A stretch of DNA of 15,152 nucleotides from Candidatus Nanohaloarchaea archaeon (GCA_042218075.1 JBDGRK010000019.1:5689-20840); one strand, 5' to 3'. Positions 6,102 to 13,893 are shown, counted from the first letter of the stretch. Notes: generated by a model from the letters alone, not told the origin. Numbers and translations: made by a program.

Positions 6102-8159
6102 GTGAACCTCAGCGACTTCGATCCGGTTCCAGAGGAATTCAAGCCGGCAGTGGATGAGGATAGGATTGCCACATATATTCTTGCGACTAATTTGGATAAC
6201 GGTTCGGAGATTGCAAAGAATGCAGGTTTACATGATAAAACTGTTTATAGATATCTGAATGAAGCGGCAGGTTCAGGAATTTTGACAAAAACTAAAGAGG
6301 GAGAATACAGAGCAACTGAGGAACTTCTGGATCTGCTTTCAAGTTTTGACGATACTCCGCAGGTAGAAGCGCCTTCAGAGCATCATTTTGATTCTATAGG
6401 TCACAAAGTTAACTGGCAGCCGCTAAAAGAAAGGTTGGAAAAGAAATATTCTCCAATTTCAAGTCAGAATATAGCTGTAGAGGATAGGATATTGGAAACT
6501 ATCTCGAAAGAAGGAGGTAAAATAGATAGTATGAGTGTCGTAGCGGAGAGAATTGATATCTCCCCTACATATGTTTCTCAAAAAATTTCCGAGATGGAAG
6601 AAGAGGGTATTTTACAGACTCAAGAAATGGGAAGATCCAAGCAGGTCGCAATTCCTGAATCAGGAACTATAAATCCAGATGTATCAAGTAGGAGAGAACA
6701 GATAGTTAATTTCATTCAGGAAAGGGAAGGACAAGTTGAAAGTCTGACAGAGATATCGGAAGAATTAAGTTTAACCCCAAGAAGAATTAGCCAGATAGTC
6801 TCCGAACTCGAAGACGATGGAGTACTAGAGGCTTCTATGACAGGAAGAAGTAAAACTGTAAGATTAAGAGAGAATTTTGAAAATCAGGAAGAAGAGCCTG
6901 ATAGAAGCGCTGAAATATACCTGGAGAATACCGTAGAATTCGAGAAATACATCGAGGCATCTCAGGAAATATTTGGTTATCAGCTGGAAGATAGGCAAGA
7001 ACTAACTTTTTCTGACATAATGTCGCATCTGTCCGGAGAAAGAGAGATTATAGATGGGAAGATTCGTCAATCTACCGAATTCTTGAGGGAGAAATATGAT
7101 TCAGAAATTTTCAGGACATTAAACTCCAGTATAAGTCTAAAGATTTTGAAAGAATTTCAGAATTTCGATTCAGTAATGGAGATGAGCGATGAATTCGACA
7201 TCGAATTAGAAACACTGAAGAAGGGCTTCAGCGCGCTCGGGGAAGCAGGAGTACTATCAGTGGAAGAACACGATTATTCCATTCAGGCTGAGGAGGGTAA
7301 GCTTTACGATGACGCAATTCAAATCATCGGTACTGCATACAGATTATCAGAATATGGAAACGATGAACAAGAAAATCTTCAAGATTCGGAGCCGACCGAA
7401 GTAGATTTTCTAAAGGAAAATGATGAAATCAACAGGTGGATAGCCAGTCTCGATTTAATCGCAGAATTATCAGAAAGTAGCGGCAGGGAAAACGGTGAAC
7501 GCGCCGAAAATTCGAGAGAGATGATTGACCCTGAAAGCCATTACATGGCAGAAATAGCCAGTAGTTCAGCACGACAAAGTGGGGATTACCAGCTTGTGGT
7601 GAGATATTTAGAAGAAAATGAAGGCTATCTTACACTAACAGAATTAGCGGAAATTATAGGATGGAACAAAGAAACTGTTCAAATGCATGTTATTGAAGGC
7701 CAGAGAGAGGATGAAATAATTGGAATTTCTAAAAACGGTAGTTTTGAAGTCTATCTACCCGAAGCTTACCGTGAGGCAAGAGAATTGGATATTCAGTCAG
7801 GAGAAGGGACTGATTTAGATGGAGCGGTTTACGGTAAAACTGATGGAAACGGACAGGAACATGTCGAGAAAAGAGTGGAACTGGGTGAAGAAATTGATCC
7901 AGACGAGCTTGGTCATACTTTAATGGATAGTAGAAAATATGATGAAAGGTACAGAGATATCTGGACGCCGAGATTAAAACAAAAAACAGGGCCTGGTAAT
8001 ACCTTCACGTATGAAGAACTGGCGGATCAAACAGATTGGGCTCCTGACCAAGTCCGGAAAACAGTGGCTTGGATGGCATACAGAGGAAAGGCAGAAGTCT
8101 ACGAAAACGGTGTCAGGGTTCTGGATGACAATACTACGCGAATCCCGGACATGGACTAG
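6102..8159 (+). CDS. 685-aa multi-winged-helix (about six wHTH) protein
   Basis: HTH-like units: GSEIAKNAGLHDKTVYRYL; SMSVVAERIDISPTYVSQKISEMEEEGIL; SLTEISEELSLTPRRISQIVSELEDDGVL; SVMEMSDEFDIELETLKKGFSALGEAGVL; TLTELAEIIGWNKETVQMHV; TYEELADQTDWAPDQVRKTV. GTG start with TATA-like AATATAAA at about 6072-6079. Confidence 0.75.
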   Translation: MNLSDFDPVPEEFKPAVDEDRIATYILATNLDNGSEIAKNAGLHDKTVYRYLNEAAGSGILTKTKEGEYRATEELLDLLSSFDDTPQVEAPSEHHFDSIGHKVNWQPLKERLEKKYSPISSQNIAVEDRILETISKEGGKIDSMSVVAERIDISPTYVSQKISEMEEEGILQTQEMGRSKQVAIPESGTINPDVSSRREQIVNFIQEREGQVESLTEISEELSLTPRRISQIVSELEDDGVLEASMTGRSKTVRLRENFENQEEEPDRSAEIYLENTVEFEKYIEASQEIFGYQLEDRQELTFSDIMSHLSGEREIIDGKIRQSTEFLREKYDSEIFRTLNSSISLKILKEFQNFDSVMEMSDEFDIELETLKKGFSALGEAGVLSVEEHDYSIQAEEGKLYDDAIQIIGTAYRLSEYGNDEQENLQDSEPTEVDFLKENDEINRWIASLDLIAELSESSGRENGERAENSREMIDPESHYMAEIASSSARQSGDYQLVVRYLEENEGYLTLTELAEIIGWNKETVQMHVIEGQREDEIIGISKNGSFEVYLPEAYREARELDIQSGEGTDLDGAVYGKTDGNGQEHVEKRVELGEEIDPDELGHTLMDSRKYDERYRDIWTPRLKQKTGPGNTFTYEELADQTDWAPDQVRKTVAWMAYRGKAEVYENGVRVLDDNTTRIPDMD

Positions 8160-8192
8160 CTATCTAGCAACCACATTAAAGATTTAATACAG

Positions 8193-8294
8193 CGCGGAGC
8201 CCGGGATTTGAACCCGGGTCTTCACCGATACCGCCTACCTTTTTACTTGGTAGTTGACAGGGTGAAATGATGGGCCAGACTACACCAGCTCCGC
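8193..8294 (-). tRNA. tRNA-Asp(GTC) with 27-nt intron at 37/38 (intron 8228-8254); CCA not encoded
   Basis: Minus strand: acceptor GCGGAGC/GCTCCGC plus G discriminator; anticodon stem TCACC/GGTGA; loop CT-GTC-A[intron]C; T arm CCGGG-TTCAAAT-CCCGG. Confidence 0.93.
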
Positions 8295-8324
8295 AATGGA
8301 TGTATTTGAGTTTGACTGGAATTC

Positions 8325-8331
8325 TTTTAAA
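8325..8331. promoter_or_regulatory. TATA-like box between divergent tRNA-Asp and oxidoreductase genes
   Basis: TTTTAAA ends about 27 nt before ATG 8358; its reverse complement TTTAAAA lies about 31 nt before the tRNA 5' end. Confidence 0.45.
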
Positions 8332-8357
8332 CGGTTAAGTGACCGATACATTTCCTG

Positions 8358-9503
8358 ATGGATGAAAGATACGTCATAATCGGGGACGGGATAGCGGGGG
8401 CAACCGCGGCAGAGACTATCCGGGAGGAAGAGGAAGACGCTGAAATCAGAGTTTTCACGGACGAATCAGAGCCCCTGTATAACCGAATCATGCTCAAAAG
8501 CTACATGAAGGGTGATCTTCCGGGATTGAAATTCACCCGCGTCCATGATGAGAACTGGTACGATAAGAGAGATATCGAGCTCCATCTTGAGACCAGGGTT
8601 TCAAACGTTGATACAGGCGAGAAAGAAGTTGAAACAGATTCAGGGAAAAATTTCTCTTACGATAAACTGCTGATCGCCACAGGTGGATCGCCCCGGAAAC
8701 TTCCGCAGGACGAAGGATACGAAAACCTGCATTACATGTGGACTATAGGTGATGCGGAGAGTATCAAAGAATCAGCCGAAGAAGCAGATGAGGCTGTTGT
8801 GATCGGAGGGGGTCTGCTGGGAATCGATCTAGCCGTTGCTTTCGCTGAAAACGGCTGCGATACACACTACCTGATAAGGGAGGATAACTGGTGGCACCGA
8901 GGTTTAAACAGGGAAGGAGCGGAGATCATCCACAGGAAGCTTGAGGAGAAAGGATGCAAAGTGATAACCAATTCAGAAGTTAAGGAAATAAGATCAGAGG
9001 ATGGAAAAGTGGAGGAGGTGGTTACCAACAGCGGTAGAAGCTTTGAATGCGATGCGGTCGCGGTTGCGATAGGCCAGGTACCGAACTCGGAGATAGTAGA
9101 TGTCGAAAAGAACGATCACGAAATGATCAAGACTGACGAGTATCTCCAGACCTCCGATCCGGACATTTACGCTGCTGGAAACATGGTAGAGTACTATTCT
9201 CCCGTTTTCCAAAGAAGAATCGTGAACGGGAGCTGGGATCATTCAGAGGCTATGGGAGAGAAAGCGGCGATGAACATGCTCGGAGAGCAGCAGGTATTCG
9301 ATTTCGTTAATACCTACGGTGTAGGACACTTCGATGTCCAGTTCCTTGCCATGGGTGACTGGAAGGGTGAGGCTGAGAACGAGGATCTGGAGAAAGAGGA
9401 TTATTACAGGAGAAAGTTCTACAGGGATGGAAAACTGGTTGGCGCGGTAATGATCGGCGATACTTCAGGTCAGGAAGAAGTTAAGGGGAGAATAAAAGAG
9501 TAG
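8358..9503 (+). CDS. FAD-dependent NAD(P)H oxidoreductase (ferredoxin/rubredoxin reductase-like)
   Basis: FAD motif VIIGDGIAG, YDKLLIATGG, NAD motif VVIGGGLLG, and TSDPDIYAAGN. Confidence 0.9.
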   Translation: MDERYVIIGDGIAGATAAETIREEEEDAEIRVFTDESEPLYNRIMLKSYMKGDLPGLKFTRVHDENWYDKRDIELHLETRVSNVDTGEKEVETDSGKNFSYDKLLIATGGSPRKLPQDEGYENLHYMWTIGDAESIKESAEEADEAVVIGGGLLGIDLAVAFAENGCDTHYLIREDNWWHRGLNREGAEIIHRKLEEKGCKVITNSEVKEIRSEDGKVEEVVTNSGRSFECDAVAVAIGQVPNSEIVDVEKNDHEMIKTDEYLQTSDPDIYAAGNMVEYYSPVFQRRIVNGSWDHSEAMGEKAAMNMLGEQQVFDFVNTYGVGHFDVQFLAMGDWKGEAENEDLEKEDYYRRKFYRDGKLVGAVMIGDTSGQEEVKGRIKE

Positions 9504-9522
9504 CAAATCCACCTCATTAACT

Positions 9523-10212
9523 TTATTCGTTTTTAAGAGCCTCTCTTATATCATTCAGTGGATCTCCTGTCAAATCTACATCATTCATCAAATTGGAACC
9601 TGTTATGATAGCTTCAGTCGCGTCTTCAATAGAGATATCCGTTATATCAATAATTCCATCCTCTTTATCGTTTCCTTGGATATACAGCTCAAATGGAAAC
9701 GCTTCTCTTTCAGGATTTACTGGTACACTTTCTTCATAATAGCGATATGCATCCTTGTCCAGAAAATCTACGGGTTTGGGAATATAGGTAAATCCTTCAC
9801 GAAACATTCCGATATTACTAGGCTTTAAATCCTCAAAAATAAAGTCCTGTCTACGTAATCTGGTCCACATCCAAGAAGTCATTTCCGTAAATTTGTCTAC
9901 CCCGTAGATCTCTACTGCTTTATTATGCGGTAGATCTGAATATCTCTGCACTTGCATTACAGTGTTCATCCAGTAATCGTGGTCTCTCAAATCCTCCACC
10001 TTTACCCAAGTTGCCGGCAATCCACTTGCTCCCGAAATTTTTTCCATTTCCTTTATTTCATCAAACCTGATAGGGTCATATTTAGAAAGCTTGACGATTT
10101 CATATCTGGGACTTAGCAAGACCTCACAGTTTTTACCCTCAGCAATCTTATCACTCTGTCCAAGGTACTCTTCTAATTCATTCTGGCGGGCTCTTTCAGC
10201 AAAATTCTCCAT
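9523..10212 (-). CDS. Putative atypical protein-kinase-like fold protein
   Basis: In the correct order: IAEGKNCEV (Gly-loop-like), IVK (beta-3 Lys), FEDLKPSNIG (catalytic loop) and PVDF (DFG-like). AT-richer than its flanks. Confidence 0.6.
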   Translation of the reverse strand: MENFAERARQNELEEYLGQSDKIAEGKNCEVLLSPRYEIVKLSKYDPIRFDEIKEMEKISGASGLPATWVKVEDLRDHDYWMNTVMQVQRYSDLPHNKAVEIYGVDKFTEMTSWMWTRLRRQDFIFEDLKPSNIGMFREGFTYIPKPVDFLDKDAYRYYEESVPVNPEREAFPFELYIQGNDKEDGIIDITDISIEDATEAIITGSNLMNDVDLTGDPLNDIREALKNE

Positions 10213-10248
10213 ATTTAATGCCTCAATTCTGCAAGTTTTTTGGAAACC

Positions 10249-11232
10249 TCACTCATCAAGAACTTCCAGCGCCTTTGGACTGACGAACGCGAGATCCTGC
10301 CAGTCTTTTGTCATGCGGGGACAGGCGCAGTTAACGTAGATATCGATGCCATAGCCCTTGTAGTCTGGCTCAAATATCCTGTCCTCAACGAACAAGTAGA
10401 CGTCTTTTCCGTGTTTCTCCAGTTTCTCCTTCGCTATCTTCACCGCCTGCATGTAGTTCTGTCCTTTCTTGGAAGATGTTATTATTCCCCACTTCTGCTT
10501 GTCCCTGTGCTTCAGGACGCGGGCGTACTCTGCCTGCATCTCGTCCTCCAGAGAGTTTGGAGGTTCGACCCAGATATGCTTCTCGTATGGATCCACGACA
10601 TATACCTTTTTGCCTGTCTCGGAAACCTGTGAGGGATGGAAATGTCCCGAGCCAAGGAAGACGAACGCATCAACTTTGTGGGCGATATTGTGTGCTGCTC
10701 CTGCATCACATCCAAGCACCTGACCTTTCTCCGTTGTTCTCAATCCCGTGGTGCCGTCAACCACCTCATATCCTTTCTCCTCCAGGAACTCTCTCGCCTT
10801 TTCAGCTCTATCCATGTACTGGGTGACTCCGACAAGTCCCAGAGTTTCTTCCTCGTCAATCTCATCATAGTTCTCTTTAAGCACACTCATCAGGTCCCTG
10901 TCCTCCCTGTAGGGAAGGTAGTAAACATCATAATCCTTCATATCGGCCTTTTCAGGATGGAGGAAGCGGGTGTGTCCCACATGAACAAGCGCGTCAGCGC
11001 CCATTCTCTCAACCTTTTCATCCGCTATACCGCAGGCTCCGAAAGTTGATGCACCCACGATCACCGTCTTGAATCCTTGATCTTTTAGATCATCAGCGAA
11101 GTCGATCAGCTGTGGTTTAATCCCGTCAGGGCCCTGGAGACCTATCTTATCATAGTCCTTGTTCTTCAACTCATCAAGAACTTCCTCGAATGTCTCGTAG
11201 TTGTACCGCTCACGCTCTTTTTGATCTACCAT
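10249..11232 (-). CDS. dph2: Diphthamide biosynthesis enzyme Dph2 (non-canonical radical SAM)
   Basis: IGLQGPDG, TFGACG, LVHVGH, GQVLGCD, GSGHFH, SSKKGQ and NCACPR; the three dispersed Fe-S cysteines are present. Confidence 0.95.
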   Translation of the reverse strand: MVDQKERERYNYETFEEVLDELKNKDYDKIGLQGPDGIKPQLIDFADDLKDQGFKTVIVGASTFGACGIADEKVERMGADALVHVGHTRFLHPEKADMKDYDVYYLPYREDRDLMSVLKENYDEIDEEETLGLVGVTQYMDRAEKAREFLEEKGYEVVDGTTGLRTTEKGQVLGCDAGAAHNIAHKVDAFVFLGSGHFHPSQVSETGKKVYVVDPYEKHIWVEPPNSLEDEMQAEYARVLKHRDKQKWGIITSSKKGQNYMQAVKIAKEKLEKHGKDVYLFVEDRIFEPDYKGYGIDIYVNCACPRMTKDWQDLAFVSPKALEVLDE

Positions 11233-11259
11233 ACTGAATTATTCGGCAGAAACTTTTTT

Positions 11260-12756
11260 CTACTCAATCTGCCTCAGCCTGTCAACCATAAATTTCTTCT
11301 CTGCTCTCGCAACTTTTTCTCTCAGTTGTTTTAAGTTACCGGAATCGGAGCCGAAGACTTCGAATCCCTGCTCTATAGCCTTCTCCAGCAGATCAAGGGA
11401 TGGAGAGTTTGCGATCATGATTTGCTTATCTGCCTCCAGGTACTCCATTATGCCGGCTGCTTCATCTCCCAGCCTCCTTGCATCAAGGATTAACTTTTCT
11501 CCCTCAAAACTGAAGGCTTTCTCAGCCGAGTCTACAAACTCTTCATCTGAAAAATCTTGTCTGCCCCCGTTTCTCCTCAAATAGTATCTATTATTGAATC
11601 CCTCTGAAACGAAGACTCCATCACCACCACTTCCAGGATTCAACGGTAGCACTTCCGATGCCAAAATACTTCCATCGACAAATTTCTCGGTAGCAGGCTC
11701 ACGATCATCTTGCTGTTCTTCCATATTTATCCTCTGGCCTTCCTCAAGCTGGTGGAGGAATCCAAAAACTGCAGGTTTGCCCGCATTCCTGGCTTTCTCA
11801 GCGTCACGTGATGTGTACCCTCCCATCGCGGAGACCAGTGCCTTTCCATAACTCTGAGGAACCAGGGTTTCCTCCGAGTAAGTTATCTCCCTGCCGACTT
11901 CACCATTAATCCTTCCCTCCGAGACCTTAACTCCTTGAATACTTTCACCCTTCAGTATTTCGTATGCTGTATCCTCCCTCCAGGCATCCACCACGTGAAA
12001 CTCACCCCTCTTGTAGCAAAACTTCAGATTCATCCCTGTGGATTTCATTTTTTCAAGAAAGCTCACCACTTCTGCATCCTCGAAAGGGGATTCTGGATCG
12101 ATTTTTTTCCTCCTGCTGTCACCGTTCATCGGATTTCTGGAGACCTTGAAGTGTTTGTCCGGAATCCTTAGCTCCAACTCGCTGTCCATAATGTAGAAAT
12201 AGGGAAAGTTTTCACCTGCCTCAAGAGATCCTCCTGTTCCCTCCACTACTTCAACAAGATCGGGCTGGTTCATGTTCCCCTTGAGGGCCGATCCAGAAAA
12301 CTCTGCCTCAATCATCTTCTGGACCAATATATGCGGGTATTCATCGTTTTTCTCGAAAAAAGATGCTGTAACCGCCTTGACCGACTCGATCAGTTCAGAG
12401 GATCCTACGTTCAGTCGGTACTCGTATGGACCTCCGGAGTTAGAAACCCTTACAGAAACCAGCTGGTTGTCTCTCTGGCCTCCGACAAGGTTTTTTGCCT
12501 TACCATCCGCATTCCTGACCTCTGAGCTCATTCCTATCTCCTTGTAGGCGTTCTTCAGCTCCTCCTTTCTATCCCTGTCAACCTTCTTCTCAAGTACTTG
12601 CCCCGCAGAATCCGCACCACCGAATAGAGATGATAGCTCCTCTGAAGTTACAACGAAAAAGTTCGGTACAGAGAATCCTTCAAGACTCTCAAGATTCCCG
12701 GCCTTCTCACCAACATCTCCATCAAGCCTGTCCTTCCACTGAACCATATACAGCAT
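11260..12756 (-). CDS. Degenerate PEP synthase (PpsA)-like protein, catalytic residues apparently lost
   Basis: VGEKAGNL...VPNFFVVT, VSVRVS, ILVQKMIEAEFSG, GGYTSRDAEKARNAGKPAVFG (His replaced by Arg) and C-terminal VARAEKK. The start may be ATG 12747. Confidence 0.8.
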   Translation of the reverse strand: MLYMVQWKDRLDGDVGEKAGNLESLEGFSVPNFFVVTSEELSSLFGGADSAGQVLEKKVDRDRKEELKNAYKEIGMSSEVRNADGKAKNLVGGQRDNQLVSVRVSNSGGPYEYRLNVGSSELIESVKAVTASFFEKNDEYPHILVQKMIEAEFSGSALKGNMNQPDLVEVVEGTGGSLEAGENFPYFYIMDSELELRIPDKHFKVSRNPMNGDSRRKKIDPESPFEDAEVVSFLEKMKSTGMNLKFCYKRGEFHVVDAWREDTAYEILKGESIQGVKVSEGRINGEVGREITYSEETLVPQSYGKALVSAMGGYTSRDAEKARNAGKPAVFGFLHQLEEGQRINMEEQQDDREPATEKFVDGSILASEVLPLNPGSGGDGVFVSEGFNNRYYLRRNGGRQDFSDEEFVDSAEKAFSFEGEKLILDARRLGDEAAGIMEYLEADKQIMIANSPSLDLLEKAIEQGFEVFGSDSGNLKQLREKVARAEKKFMVDRLRQIE

Positions 12757-12786
12757 TAAAAGTGCTACGAATTAATAACTAACGAT

Positions 12787-13308
12787 CTACTCCTCTATCT
12801 TGACCCTGCAAGAGACCGGCATCTTATGATTGGCTCTCTCCAGAGCCTTCTTCGCTTCCTGAATGTCTCCCCCGTCGACTCTGACCCTGTAAATCACCTG
12901 GTCTTCGTCCACAATAGCAGCTCTTCCGATAGGTCGGCCGAAAGGCTTCCTCATCCCCTCGTAGTAGCGGTCGGCCTGTGCTATTCCTGCCAGAGGGTGG
13001 TACCTGAGAATGTGGTGCGGGTAGGGTAGAATCTTCATGAAGTACTCTTCCTCAGGATCCAGAACCTTGCTCAGGTGAGAGTTAGCCGCTATCCTGCCTG
13101 CCTCAAGAGCCTCACTCCTTATTGAACAATCTTCTCCCACCTTCATGACGACCGAACGCTCGAAATCAGTGTTCTTTGCACCCATGTCGTACTGTGTGAT
13201 CCTCGGTGCGGGCGCGCCACTCACGTAGTTTTTGGCGCCTCGCTGCGACTGCCTGGTGTATGGCTGGCTGGGTTGCTCCCTGTAGATTCTTGCGGGTCGA
13301 TCTCCCAC
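12787..13308 (-). CDS. rpl10e: 50S ribosomal protein uL16 (L10e)
   Basis: RPARIYR, PYTR, IRSEALEAGRIAAN, PYPHHILR, ADRYYEGMRKPFGRPIGRAA and ALERANHKMP; GTG start with SD GAGGTGA (13322-13316) 7 nt upstream. Confidence 0.97.
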   Translation of the reverse strand: MGDRPARIYREQPSQPYTRQSQRGAKNYVSGAPAPRITQYDMGAKNTDFERSVVMKVGEDCSIRSEALEAGRIAANSHLSKVLDPEEEYFMKILPYPHHILRYHPLAGIAQADRYYEGMRKPFGRPIGRAAIVDEDQVIYRVRVDGGDIQEAKKALERANHKMPVSCRVKIEE

Positions 13309-13310
13309 TC

Positions 13311-13360
13311 GAAAATCACCTCAGGTGATTTTCTGCGAGCACAGAAAATCCTAGATTTTC
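13311..13360 (-). promoter_or_regulatory. Four-segment alternative-hairpin leader element overlapping the rpl10e SD
   Basis: Plus strand: GAAAATCACCT-c-AGGTGATTTTC (13311-13333); GAAAATC-cta-GATTTTC (13344-13360); competing GATTTTCTG-cgagca-CAGAAAATC (13327-13350). Confidence 0.65.
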
Positions 13361-13366
13361 CTCCAT
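13316..13366 (-). CDS. Putative 16-aa leader peptide (uORF) of rpl10e
   Basis: MEENLGFSVLAENHLR*; own SD GAGGT (13378-13374) 7 nt before the ATG; its TGA stop is the last three bases of the rpl10e SD. Confidence 0.5.
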   Translation of the reverse strand: MEENLGFSVLAENHLR

Positions 13367-13403
13367 ATGAATTACCTCTTATACCGGAAAAAGGTAAATG
13401 AAG

Positions 13404-13410
13404 TTTTAAA
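13404..13410 (-). promoter_or_regulatory. Candidate TATA box for the rpl10e transcript
   Basis: TTTAAAA on the minus strand predicts a start near 13380, just upstream of the uORF SD. Confidence 0.45.
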
Positions 13411-13422
13411 TAGGGGAGGTTA

Positions 13423-13893
13423 TTATTCAAAATACCTTTCTATATATCTATCCACTCTTTCTCTGAAATTGTCCTGAATGCCGGTGGAATCCTTCATTCT
13501 GTTTAGCATGTCTATGGTTTCGACATAGAATTCTTCAGTTTCTTCAGGAGGAAGTTCTAACTCGAATATTTCACCGTTATCAAAATATTCAGCTATATAA
13601 TTATTAACCTCTTCCCCCCATAGATCTCTTTCAACATTTCCTATCTGCTTCACTCCCTCTTTGATCAAAAATGACGTTTCTGCTATAAATTCTGCCTTTT
13701 CAGGTTCATCAGCAGTCATATCAGCGATAAATAGTAACTCTTCATACCTCTCAAATAGATCCTCTGATGCAGGATATAATTCTTCTTCTAACCATTTCTC
13801 TGCTTCATCGTGGGATTCCGGAAACCAGCCTTCCGTCACAAGACGGCCGTGAACCCAGTAGTTTCTTCCTCCTACCTGTGAAACATTATCCAT
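13423..13893 (-). CDS. Hypothetical acidic protein
   Basis: 156-aa Glu-rich ORF in AT-richer DNA; no motif recognised. Confidence 0.7.
   Translation of the reverse strand: MDNVSQVGGRNYWVHGRLVTEGWFPESHDEAEKWLEEELYPASEDLFERYEELLFIADMTADEPEKAEFIAETSFLIKEGVKQIGNVERDLWGEEVNNYIAEYFDNGEIFELELPPEETEEFYVETIDMLNRMKDSTGIQDNFRERVDRYIERYFE

Noticed and set aside
8175-8188. ATTAAA-ga-TTTAAT inverted repeat between the convergent wHTH gene and the tRNA
   Set aside because: The arms are short and AT-only, which is expected by chance; too weak to call a terminator.
5842-8192. Integrated element at tRNA-Asp bounded by att repeats
   Set aside because: No duplicate of the tRNA 3' end was found by eye near 5842-6101 and there is no integrase; only composition and position are suggestive.
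10091-12547. Multiple plus-strand ORFs of 61-137 aa and the alternative-frame minus ORF 10512-10715
   Set aside because: They are shadows of dph2 and the ppsA-like gene and lack the acidic composition of real genes here.
11260-12756. Calling the gene a functional ppsA or a classical pseudogene
   Set aside because: The catalytic His and Cys motifs are absent, so it is not a normal PpsA. There are no stops or frameshifts, so it is not demonstrably a pseudogene.
13221-13430. 69-aa minus-strand ORF across the rpl10e leader
   Set aside because: It is basic, overlaps rpl10e out of frame and spans the likely promoter. The SD-led 16-codon uORF fits better.
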